Source: Adineta vaga
Lineage: Eukaryota > Animalia > Rotifera
Assembly: GCA_021613535.1 (NCBI GenBank)
Contig: CP075495.1
Coordinates: 10,416,001 to 10,480,000, forward strand
Direction of reading: 5' to 3'
DNA: 64,000 bases
Positions 28,648 through 40,965 of this stretch are shown in pieces. The notes below the pieces were generated by a model. The model was given only the letters and a program-made list of their open reading frames with translations. It was not told the origin of the DNA and made no database searches. Each line of letters opens with the position of its first letter. The first letter of the stretch is position 1. Both the position numbers and the translations under genes were made by a program.

Positions 28648-28726
28648 GACATTCCTGTTTACGATGGCTAGAGTATGAGCGAGATTAACAGATTTATCTC
28701 ATACTCATATCGTTACACCCAACGTC
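28648..28726. other. Intergenic imperfect inverted repeat (hairpin)
   Basis: Core GAGTATGAG/CTCATACTC, flanked by ACGAT/ATCGT, TGT/ACA and GACATT/AACGTC arms. Confidence 0.6.
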
Positions 28727-28972
28727 CTCAACACAGTCTCTAATGAACTTATATAAATTACAAAAGTAATCAGCTTGAGTTCAGTGAAAAATAAGATCAC
28801 GTTTATGTTTCGTTTTTCAAAATAAAATATATTTTCTGTCATTAATTGACAACAAACTCTCAAGCTTGAATTCATGATACTTTAGTATTTATTAATGGAC
28901 ATGATTATCATAATTGAAAAGATAATTAATATCACCGAATGTTCTGTCACCAATTCAACCATCTATTTCTCG

Positions 28973-31900
28973 TCAATGTAAATCATTTGTACTTTCGGCT
29001 GAATGAGCCATACTTGATCGTGGTGGTTGTTGTAATGAAATACCCGATCCACTATGAGCTCCTTCAACTGCTGATCGTCCATCAGAATATTTTACTGTAA
29101 GACCACCTGTTAATGTATATTGAACTGTAATAGGTCCACGATGTTGTTTTTCTTTTCCACTATTGATTCTTTCAGTATTTGTTACTTGTCCATCTTGAGT
29201 ATTTACGTTTCGTAATTTATTATTTATTGCTGATCCTAATCCTGGTGTTTTCGTTATATCTGGAAAAACAACATTGTTGACTTTCGTTGGTTCCATGGTT
29301 TCAAATGCTTTAACTCGTTCATTAAGTAAACGTTGTGTTTTTGTCATAATGGTAATATCAACAGGTGTTGTTGGTTTCGTTTGTTGTTGTTTTGCTGATG
29401 TCGGTGGAACTTTTCGTGCTGTTATATTTTTATTTGTTGTTGATGGTGATGCACGTGCACTCATTTGTTCTAATTTATCAGCACGTTGTTGTTGATGAAG
29501 ATTTAATTTTTCTTCTAATTTAATAACATATTTTGGCCGTTTTTTATTTGCATTTAAACGCATTAAATATGCTTTAAAACCAGCATAATAATAGACAAGA
29601 ATATCTTTAATTAAAATCGTTCGTGCTTCATCTAAAGAACTAAAATCATTAGCACCAGTTGTTAAATATTTTTGTAAAGCTCGTAACATTCGAACTTGTA
29701 AATCTGTATTTGCTAAATCCAAACGACATGTATAACTACTTGTTGAAGTTGTCGATTCTAAATAGATGTCAAGAATATATCGAACTTTTTGTTGAAATAA
29801 TGCATCATTGGCAATTTCTTTTAAACGATTAACATCAATACAATATAGAAGATCTTGATCGAGATATGGAGCTTTTTTGGGATCAACCCAATGAGTTAAA
29901 TATGCATAGAAATAATAAAAACGTTCATTATAACGACCAATTGTTGCATCAGTAAGTAATTGATATAATTCACTATAATGTTTTTTAGTTGCTTTACCTG
30001 TTCCATCATCATTCGACGTTGATGTATCAGCATCAGGATCAAATAATGCTTCAAAATCATCATCATCATCACCAAGTCCAAAACCATCTTCAATACTATT
30101 GAATAAAGCTGTCAATTCATCGACTGTTTTACACATAAAATCATCGATGGAATCAATTTCAAATGCATGAATACGATCTTCACCATAGCGAATAAATTCT
30201 TCTTCTAATTCAATACGTAAATCACGAAAAAGAAGTTGAAATAGAGTCATATCAGGACGACCATTATTAGCATTTAAAATTTCGTTTTGTTCATCATTTA
30301 ATGGAAGAATATTTCGTTTGGAACGAGGATCAAAATAAATTTTTCTCAGACGATCAATATATTGTTGTTTTTCATATGGATTGGTTAATTCTACTAACTA
30401 TAAAACAAAAGCTTTTTTTTCATTGAGTCTACAAAATATCAATAAAAATCTAGTTGGAGTACTGATATTTTATGACTATGTTCTAATGAAAACATAGACA
30501 AAGATAACTCAACGTATTGAATATAATCAATTTACCTTAGCAATTTCGAAGACAAGAGAAAGTTTCTGTTCCATTTTAGGTGCTGCTGTTTTACTTGTCT
30601 TAATCGATCGATAGAAATTTGTTAATAATAAACGTTGAACATCTTTTGCTAATGACGCTGTTGTTGTTGGCAATAATTCATCGATATAGAAACCTGGAAA
30701 TCGACGAACTCTACCTTCATCCGTATCATCTTTTCCTTTTTCATTCGCCTTTCGTCGTCTTTCTCTGGCTGCTTTCAATGCTTTCTTACGATTAATTTCA
30801 ATTCTACGTAAACGTTCAAGTCGTTCAGCACGTAAACGTTCTCTTTCTTCTTCAGTTAATTCTTTTTCTTGTCCTGCACGTTGTCTTCTTCTTGTAGCTG
30901 ATGAAAGAAAACGATCTAACCATGGACGTTTAATAAAAATCGTATCATCCGATATTTGAATTTCTGTTTCAGGTGTACATATTCGTCTGATTCGTTTTCT
31001 TGATAATACTGAAAATAGTTCCTCTTCATTTTCTGCTACTTCATCATCATCATCATCATCATCATCATTAATTTCTTCTTGGTCTTTCTCTTCGTCACTT
31101 TCATGAATTGATGAAGGTGATGTTGTAATATAATAAGCAAGTGTAAAACTATCTACATCTTCTTTTAAACATCGTAACCAAGCCTGTTTGAGAATTAATA
31201 ATGCTCGTTTCAATAATGGTTCAAATGTTAATTTATCAAATTTACGTTGATGAAATGTATCAATCCATCGATTAATTTGAATATCTGGCATAAATTGATC
31301 AAGAGACAATTTTGCTGAATTACCTAAATGAAAAAATAGAAATTCGTTTATAGATAAAATAAATAGTTTCAAATTTCCTTACCAAAATAAGTATTCAAAA
31401 TCGATAGACCATGTTGACTTTCGAGAATTTTATCATCTAAATTTGAATAGCGAAAATCATCAACATCGTAACAGAAAAGTATCAATGGTAATAATCGACG
31501 TTCACTAAATGTTAAATAACGTAGAAAAAGTCCTCCGGTTTGTTTATCTTTTCGAATAATATTTGTATATTTTTTCATAAATTCATTATTGAAAGATAAT
31601 TCACTTTCATCCTGAAATTCTTCATTTTTAATATCAGGAATTATCTTTGCATTTGTTGTATAATCATCAGAAAGAAAGACACGTGTCATTTCAACAAGAT
31701 TAGCTTGTGCTCGTTGATCAATTGGATAAAGACAAACTTTAGTTGGTGGTTTTAATTCATCGGGAAATTGAAATTGTGGATGATGTTGTTCGAATAATTG
31801 ATGAATTATAAATCGTGCTGACCAATACATTCGAAGACGACGTAAAACATCATATTGAACTTGAAAAAAAACATCGTGCGTTAGAACACCTGCAGTTTCC

Positions 31901-33373
31901 GCATAAGCTCGACGAATTTTATTTTGTAAATGACGCATAAATGGCAAATGATATTTCCCATCATATAAATCACGAAATAAACGTGTACGTGCAACAACAT
32001 TTTCAATTTGATCAAGACCAGCCATTGTATCATTGAAAAATTCACAATCCATCCAAAATCGATACAAATCATAACCACCTTTAGTTGTTTTAAGAAAATG
32101 AACAAACGATTGCATACCTTTGTATGAACCTAAACAAATCATCGAAACTCCTTCGTATCTCTAGTATGTAATAAGACGTTAAACAAAAAAAGTATCCGAT
32201 TTTCATAGTTCATAATCTTCAGGGAAGAACTTACCGAGATATTTATATCTAAGTTGATTGTTTGAACTTTCTAATTGTAATCCAAGTTCTCCGATATCAT
32301 CATTATCATCTTCATTATCTGATTCTTCGAAATATCTCATTTTCACACTACCATATATTGATAAACTTCCTGGTTCATTTGGATCACTAATAGACATATT
32401 TTCATCATCTTTTGGTATTGATTTTCTTTGACTTGTTTTCGAACTGGATGATCGTTTCGACATTTTCGAAGAATTTTTTAGTAAAAGATTTGGTAAAAAT
32501 ACAGAACGAGACTGAGCTGAAAAAGAACAAAGAAAATTTTTGAGAAGGAATTATAATAGAAAACAAACAAATTTACTAAGATTAGCTGGAACAGAATAAG
32601 CACGACTACCAGGTCTCAGAATAGGTCTTGGCATACGTAAAAATTCGGAAGCCATAATATTATTGTCGAACATCAAATGTACATTTGCAGAATGTTCATT
32701 ACCATCTAAATCATCTTGCTCTTCATCTTCTTCTAATGTTGCTCCTTGTCCAGGTCCATTTATATTTGAATTATCCGTCGAGAGTGTACGAGCAGCAGTA
32801 TAAACACTTCTATAGAATACAAAAAAAAAGAAATAATTAGTCCATGTAAGATCAAAAAGATATTTACTGTCGACTATAACCACCAATTCCTTGACTGGAA
32901 TATTCTGATGCTTCTTTGTGTGTTGCTAGTGGTCGTAATAATAGTTTACATAATTTATATTGTCGATAAAGCTCTGTACGCCAAAAAAGACCTAATCGTT
33001 CATTTTTAACCCATTCCAAAATTTGTGTTTGACGAGTACGTTCTGCTTGAGAGTTCCTTTGAATAATTTCATCTGGAATTTCATCTAATTGAATAGCATC
33101 AGAAAATCCACTTAGAACACTAACTGTATCAATATCATTGGATTGTTTTTGATTATCATCGGCAATATTTTCATCAATTATAACTCGAAGTTTGTCATGT
33201 TGTTTTTCAATAAATGTATTCAATTCTCGATTGTATTCAATTTTATGTACAAAGGCTCCTAAACGAAGATATTCATTGAAATAATCAACGAATATGTCAT
33301 CTAAGGAAAGTAATTCACCGAAATCATGTATACTACATGAATCGGTATCGGATGCAGACGATTGTTCGGGCAT
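28973..33373 (-). CDS. RGS22: RGS22-like multi-RGS-domain protein; about 6 exons
   Basis: N-terminal LSLDDIFVDYFNEYLRL and WVKNERLGLFWRTELYRQYKLCKLL. RGS-like segment GMQSFVHFLKTTKGGYDLYRFWMDCEFF...VQYDVLRRLRMYW, plus a further C-terminal RGS-like region. Confidence 0.82.
31041..31067. repeat. (TCA)n repeat encoding poly-Asp in RGS22
   Basis: tcatcatca... run; the minus strand encodes DDDDDDDD. Confidence 0.85.
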
Positions 33374-33692
33374 TTAGAATTGTTAGTATGCAATATGATG
33401 ATGTTTACTTTTGATCGAACGCAACAACGAGTATGGAGAAGAAGAAAAAAATTATATATATATGTTCTCCTTCTTTCTTCTTGTATTTCACTTGATCATG
33501 AGAAGGTGAAGGTGTTTGACTTTGATTGGCATGAGAACGATAGAAGAAGAAGAGAAAAAAATGCAAAAGAAAGCATTTGCCGTTGCTACTTAACAAATCA
33601 AAGATGACTAGCATTATGCTGCAAAGTCAGAATCAATTATATAATTATCAAAAAAGATACACATATAGATATTCAACATAAAAAAAAACAAT

Positions 33693-34804
33693 CTAAGATA
33701 CATCAACAACAACTGTATCTTGACTGTATTCATTAAGAAATTTAGTTGATAATGGAAATTCAATTATATACGAGTTTTGTCGTTGTTTTTCTTCTAGTTG
33801 ATTACTAATAGAAGATAAACCGATCGAACTCGCTGTTAAATGACGTCTCAATAATGGAATTAATTGATCTGTTCGTTTCAAATGCATTGCTAATGCATGT
33901 CGAGAACATTGATGAAACCAAACATGAACACCCGATGAACTGCTTATATCAGGATGATGAACATCAAAATCTAAAACTGTCGTTAAAGATTTTGTTTGTC
34001 TTGGTTTATTATATTTTCCACCGCCAACAATTCGATGTGCTTGCCTTTGATCAGGTGCTGATAATTGACTCCAATGAATATGTAAAACACTATCATGTCA
34101 CCTGTTTTTCTCGCTGCAATTATTTCCATTGTTGTTTGAACTTGATCACGAATAACTTTTGCTTGTCGAGATGGGCAAAAGGCACCCATTATACGCCACG
34201 GTAAACCTAGTAATGTTGGATCTATGATTGGATTGAATGCGATTGATAGTGTTGCGAGATCTGCACACATACAAACCATACTTCCACCAAGACTAGCACC
34301 AATTAGAATAACACGTCTATAAAGAGTCGAATAGAGTTGTACTAAATTTCGATAATAGATTAAACCTTGCCACTTATAATCAGGATCTTGTAAATAGAAA
34401 CATTGAGATGGATCCGTAAGAAATAGAGCATCAAACTGATCGTCTGTATCAGAATGGCATTGTTTCATGGAACCACGCCATTCTGTAGTTCGAACACCAC
34501 CAACAATCATAGCAGCACCAGCAAAACTCATATATAATGTTGGTGCTCGATGTGGACAGGATAAATCAGGTTCGATATGTGCTGCAGAATCTTTCGTATG
34601 ACATTTACATTTTTCATTAGCTGGACAATAAGTCTGTCGTCGTTTTTCTAAATGTTGAAATCGTATACGTGTAAAAGCAGAGAATTTCGATAGAAAATAT
34701 CCATGTCCACGATGGCGTTTCATAAAAAGAAAAAATACACCTAAGATAATACCAATAATAGCGGGAATTATTAAAAACAACCACCACCAACGCCAATCAT
34801 CCAT
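33693..34804 (-). CDS. Intronless membrane-anchored alpha/beta-hydrolase-like protein, interrupted by a -1 frameshift near 34097
   Basis: N-terminal TM WRWWWLFLIIPAIIGIILGVFFLF and nucleophile elbow VILIGASLGGS. The shifted frame continues HDSVLHIHWSQLSAPD...VHVWFHQCSRHALAMHLK into ORF 33693-33887. Confidence 0.65.
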
Positions 34805-36153
34805 TTCTATTCAATAGATATATGAATTGATCACAAATTAGCTTATCGACGTTAGTAAATATCAAAGGATAAAGTAGAAAGCAAGGTTGCACTGCATGTA
34901 TCACATGTATATAAGTGCATTACATCTTATGTATTTATTGTGACAGTCACGCTTCGATATCCAACTCAATGTATGAGTATAGTTTTTTTCTTATTTCGTT
35001 CGATCATGAAACATCAACAAGACGAACGTAGAATCTTCGCAGGTGAAGACGTCATTTTACTCATCAACAGAAAATCATTAGTGACGTACCAAAATATGAC
35101 AAAAACATTACACCTACAGAATATAATAACTAAACTCAGATGTAAGCATCGCATCGAGAAATTTTGTTTTATTAACGAATACATATATCTACATGGAACT
35201 AATCATGTGTACTTGTAACCATAATTTGTTCCATTGACTAATCATTCTCATTTGATGTTGTGAAAAACAGAAATGAGTGATGAATATTGAATCATTTCAT
35301 GTTTTACTTTATTTCATACATCATACCATCTCAAAGACAATTGACAGAAATATAGGTGTATGCGTGTAAATATGATATTTATTTTCGATACTTAAGAAGA
35401 AAATAAACAAAGATTAAGCCAGTAATCGTCATACAACTATCTATTGTATTACGTTGATTTATTCACGTGAAAAACAATGACGAAAGAAAAGTACAGATAC
35501 GTTATATTTATTATTATAGTATATCAATTTCTTTTCGATTATCTTTACACATGACATCCGAATAACCAATTTTATTTATATGTATATATATTTAATCATG
35601 AATTAGATTTAGATCATAATAGGTTGTAAGATGGATAGAAAACTACTTTTCGAAATGTTTATCATCATTGACTACTTTGTAGGATTCAAAAAATCGATTG
35701 AAGTTTTTTTCAATTAATGGTAAAATAATATTTCACTACTCTTGAAATCCTATTATAATTTCATTCACATGTCATCTTTTGTGGTACATCAAACACACTA
35801 ATATTTTTCACAGAAATCATACAAAAGAAAGACGATTATCTATCTAATGACATACATTTGATGTAGAACTAGAAGATATTTTTCATTTACAATTTCCTTT
35901 GTGGTTCATCAAAAGTAAAAACTAACCTAAAATCATTGCATTTGTTGTTAGAAGCAAAAAAATGTCTTAGTCAATATTTTTCTAAGAACAAATGTATAAA
36001 GAACTTCAATCTGTGACGCACCTCATCATTTATAATATCTAATGGTTTTGAGTATTCAAACAATTCACGAGCAAAACGTGTGTGCTTTGAATTTCGTTTC
36101 TTTTTTTCTCTGCATTACGATTGTGATTCAATAAACTACTAAAATACACAACG

Positions 36154-38860
36154 ATGCTCGATAAAGCACTTAAGAATGCTAAAAAAATACGATTGCAAGT
36201 AGATGTATATAAAAAAAACTTACACAGTGCTCTAGCAACAACAAAATCATTAACAACCAGATGCTCTGACATTCACATAAGTATACCTTGTTATGATCGA
36301 CAATACTTCTCTCCTTATCCAGTCGATAATTACTATCCTGAATTTATCTATAGTCGTTCAGATGAACCACCAACGTCTCCTCCGTTGCAAGTACCATTAT
36401 CATCAGTGAACAATGGTATGGGTGCTACGACAACACCTATTCCAGGAACAGTACAACGAATCAATGAAACACGAACTAGACAACCAGTGCAATCATCAGC
36501 ACGATTAGGAGGTAATATTGTAACTAATCAAGGTTTACCTGATTCTGACATGACACAAACAATGCGAATTGATCCTAAAACAAATCTCGTACGTGATCCA
36601 GCTGAAAGAAATATACCGAAACTAATTGTTGACGATAGTGTTATTCGACAAAGTGTTCGAACATCCAATGGAGATGCAATGAATTCTGGTTCAACGTTCG
36701 ATCAAACAAATAGATATAATCAACTAAATAATGGAACAATGTCGATGGATAATAGACATATCAATGGTGATATAATCAATCGAACGAAACATTATAATTC
36801 AGAAAAGCAACGAAGTGGAATGTATCCTGATGATGAACAAAAAATAATTGATGATCGATGGAAAAAAGAAGTTTTCATTGACGATCAAGGTGTTGTAAGC
36901 ATTGAAGTAAGAATAGATCGATTTTTAATTAAAACTGAAATCTATTTACTTCTCGTGTTACTTAGCCGGTCGTCTATGAAGAACCAGTCTATGATGGTCC
37001 ATTTGGTTTAACTCGTACAGGTTCTTATATTTTCTATATTGGTATGGCAATATTTACTCTTCTCGCAGCTATTTTTCTCATCATGTGTGGTATATTTTAT
37101 GCTCAAAGTAACCTATAAAAGTTTTCTTTAGGAACCTACGCATTCTTTTATTTAAAAGATTATCCCAGTGCATCAACAAATGCTGGTAAATTAGCTGGTA
37201 TAGGTATATGTGCATTTGCATTTTATCTTGGTTTACAATTAATTTTAATTGGTATCTGGCATCAAAAACATCGAAAAGAAAATCCAAGACCAATTGTGAA
37301 ACCTTCGCATCAAGAATATTCACAAGCACATACTAAATCAAATAAGCCAAATACTGCAGATAATTTTATTAATAATAATAATGATAATAATTATCCTTAT
37401 CAAACACAACCTGACTATGCATCATATGGAAACTATCCGAATACTGCTTATGCTCCGTATGGAAATGAACAAATTTTATTGCAGAATGGTTCACCAGGTA
37501 CTGTTATGTATCCACCGCCTACTTGGACGGTAAACGGTGAATCAGAAGGAGCTCAAATGGATCCAAGATTTCTTCAACCGATGGAATGGATTTATGGGTC
37601 ACAAACTATGAGTGAAGCAATACCCACATCGGAACAGCCTACAACAAATAGTGCCAATGTGAAAAGTATGATAAAAAATCGATCTATTTTTGCTTTGCAT
37701 CTGATTTTGTTGCTAGGTGAAAAAAGAAAGAGTGAGAAAAGAAGTCATAAGAAGAAGATGAATGCCGTCGAAGTTGATGTAACAAAAAGGAGATCGAACG
37801 ATGCAATCCCAAAATCAACAGTTATTGAACCACCTTTACCGCGAATGAATAAAGCACCTGAAACAAAAGAACTAGTACGTACATATGACTCAATGAGAAA
37901 ACATAATGAACATTTTCGTTTAGATAGAGCAAAATGCTGAACTAGAAAAGAATATGGGAAAAACTTCAACACCTAGTTCATTAACTGTACAAAATGTCAG
38001 TCAAATAAAATCCATGGATGATGATATAGAAATATCTTCTTTGGCCAATCACCGACATCGCCACAGTGATCGTTATTTACATCCTGACGATCGTTCACGT
38101 CGAAATCACCATCATCATCATCATCAGCAGCAGCAGCATCAACATCGTTCTCATTATTATCAACATCATCGTCGTCATCAATCTCATTCACCATGTTCAA
38201 TATGTTCACGTGATGAATTTTACAGCGATGTTGGATATAATCATCACGGTCATCATCATCATCATCATCTTCACCATACTGAATTGATACCTGGCCATTT
38301 TGTACTTCAACCAACACCTACTCATATGCGTAGTTCAACAAAACTTTATCGTGATAGTGGAGTTGCTACTGAACATCAACTAAAAATAATGAAAGATTCA
38401 AGTGTAACAGCTGATTTGGAAGATATAACAAGTATATCGATTTTTCTTTTTCAATTCAAACAAAAACAAAGATTTATTTGCTAATTATTTAGATGATCAT
38501 AATAATAGTCTTCATCAAGTTCCTATTGTTCGTCGTACTGTCATTGTTGAACCATATCCAGCTGAACCAAGTACACAAATTATTGTTACACCACGTATGG
38601 AAACAATACGAAAATTTCGTTCTGATGATAATTTACATATTAATGAAGATCATGAGAAAATTCTCTATCCACGTCCACCATCGGTAACAAAGAAAACAAA
38701 ACGAAAAAAGAGTACGACAGAAAGTCGAGATAATATTTTAGAAGATTTAAATTTAGAAGACGTCAATGAAACGGAATATTCAAGCCGAGACTCGAGAAAA
38801 AGAAGAGTCAATAAGATACCATTAACAAAAACAGCTTCAAATGCTTTTTATGATAATTAA
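36154..38860 (+). CDS. Uncharacterised 2-TM protein with a His-rich/CxxC C-terminal region; about 6 exons
   Basis: Exons join in frame through GT-AG introns (about 36907-36965, 37108-37161 region, 37666-37717, 37876-37923, 38432-38492). Hydrophobic segments IFYIGMAIFTLLAAIFLIMCGIFY and LAGIGICAFAFYLGLQLILIGIW, plus His tracts. Start codon uncertain. Confidence 0.72.
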
Positions 38861-39193
38861 TGAGATACTTGTATATGACATTCTTGCGTGAAAATGTATA
38901 ATTGTTTGTATAGGAAGAATGAATGATGTTTTTTTTTTGTTTAATCCAAAAAAATGATCCTGACGTTTTGTTTCTTTTCGTAATAAAAATATCTATGTTA
39001 ATTAACATTTTAATGTTAAAGATGCATCTTGATAATGGAGACTAACAAAAAATAAAAGTAGCCTATATATACATCACTACTTTTTCGATTTTTATTCGTA
39101 ATCGAATAGAATTATTACAAAAATGACAAAAGTTGTTTGACAATCAAAATAAAAATCTAGTAAATATATCAAACAAAAAAGCAATCTATGAAT

Positions 39194-40259
39194 TTAAGTT
39201 CGATAAATGATTGTCTCGGACAACGATGGTCGAGAACGAATAATACGTTGATTTGATATTTCATCTGTGATTATTAAGGGTACTTCTTGATGTGAAACTA
39301 TTCTTTTGGGAGCAGATCTAATATGAGTTAATGGAGGTCGATGATCATATTCATGCATTGAAATTGGACGACGTTGATTATGTTGAGGTGGAAGATCATT
39401 ATCAAATATAGTTCTTATATTTGTTTGAATAGGACGACGAGCTGAAACATTACGTAATTGTGTTCGAGATGGTGATGGTGGTAGTAAATCTGATTTCTGA
39501 ACAATAGGAGAAGATGATATAAGTTTGGATGCTGATTGTAATCTTGAAAGTTGATTTCGAGATGGAGATTGTACGGGTTTCGATGCTGATTCTAGTCGAT
39601 TGGATCTATTCTCAGATGAAGTTTGTACAGGTTTTGGTTGTAATTGAAATGGACCCGTCTGACGACTTGATGCAGAATGGATTCGTTTTAATGGTGGTAG
39701 AGGTTTTGCTGATGATGAAGGATTGTTATAAACGGATGTATCTTTCATCGGTCTGATAGGTCGATCATTAGGATCAATGAGAATACTGTTGACTGGTAAT
39801 TGCTTTTGAACAGGTTTCGATTGAGGAATAGGTTTAAATGTAGTCGATTGAACAGTTGGTTGTAGAACCGGTTCAGATGGCTTTGATTGGAGATTAGGTT
39901 GTAGGATATATTCAGATAGAAATGGTGGTATAGAAGGTTCTAACATTGGTGTCACGAAAACAACAGGCATTGGTAATTTTGGTATTGGTGGATCTGTTGA
40001 ACCAGGCTCATGACGGCGAATCGCAAGTCGTCGTATATATTCTGGTTCTGATTCTTGTTGAGAATACTGATAAGAATAAGATTCATTTCTAAAATTTCCA
40101 GCGTATTGTAATATTGGATCAGTATTTAGCTTCGTTATATATGGATTCCATGGCCAACCAATATTCTCAACACGAAGTGTATAATCTTCGAAAATATATA
40201 AATTATTAGAAAAGATCAATCGATTTCCTCATTACATTACCTGCATAGGTAGAAGTCAT
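39194..40259 (-). CDS. Uncharacterised Pro/Ser/Arg-rich protein; short first exon 40259-40241, second exon ~40185-39194
   Basis: ATGACTTCTACCTATGCAG|gtaatg splices in frame to the 341-aa ORF. No family recognised. Confidence 0.7.
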
Positions 40260-40965
40260 TGTATATACTTAAAATGTGTTTAAACAGTAAACAGTGAATA
40301 TTTTCTTTCATTTTTTTTTCTTCTTTCTTAATCATTCGTCATTGAAGATTTCTATGGACATTTCAAATGTAATGTTTGCAATAGCATCATACCCATTTCT
40401 TTTTCTCTTTTCTATTCAATCAATAAATGCACAACAGTCTATGTGTCGTTCGCTTAACAACATATATGAAGAAAAATCTATCATTAACAACAACTGGAAC
40501 AATTTAATAGGATTTGAAATCCAAGAAGAACTTAATAAACAGAATGACGTTCATTGACTGTGGGCGGATTCTTTCTCATCCTAACATATAGAAAAGAAAA
40601 TTCTATAGCAATCAAAAAATGATTAGAACATTCATATAAGAACTTCGATATGTCTTATTGAAAATCATGAATAGTACTTTCTTTTTCTTATTCATTATTA
40701 TCTCATTAAGAAAATGGCTTTCGAGTTATAAGACATGAATACAAAAATAAAAAATATAAGTATATTGTTTTGTTCTAATATTTATTGCAAAATCAAATCA
40801 CGAATTTACAAGTCTTCCGTAGCTGTTGTCTATATTGATCAAGTTAGAAAAGAAGATCTTTTTTCTCTTGCTCTTTCTCTCTCTCTACGAATAGAATATT
40901 AATTTTTCACAGTTCATATTTATATAAAGAACAACGTCTTCTATAAACACATATTATTACATACA

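Noticed and set aside
28648-28726. SECIS interpretation of the hairpin (ATGA and AA present)
   Set aside because: No GA on the 3' side to form the non-Watson-Crick quartet, and no flanking gene needs UGA recoding.
34085-34110. Programmed ribosomal frameshift or 12-nt micro-intron in the hydrolase gene
   Set aside because: No slippery heptamer at the permitted position, because a TGA blocks the -1 frame just upstream. The 12-nt GT..AG would not change frame.
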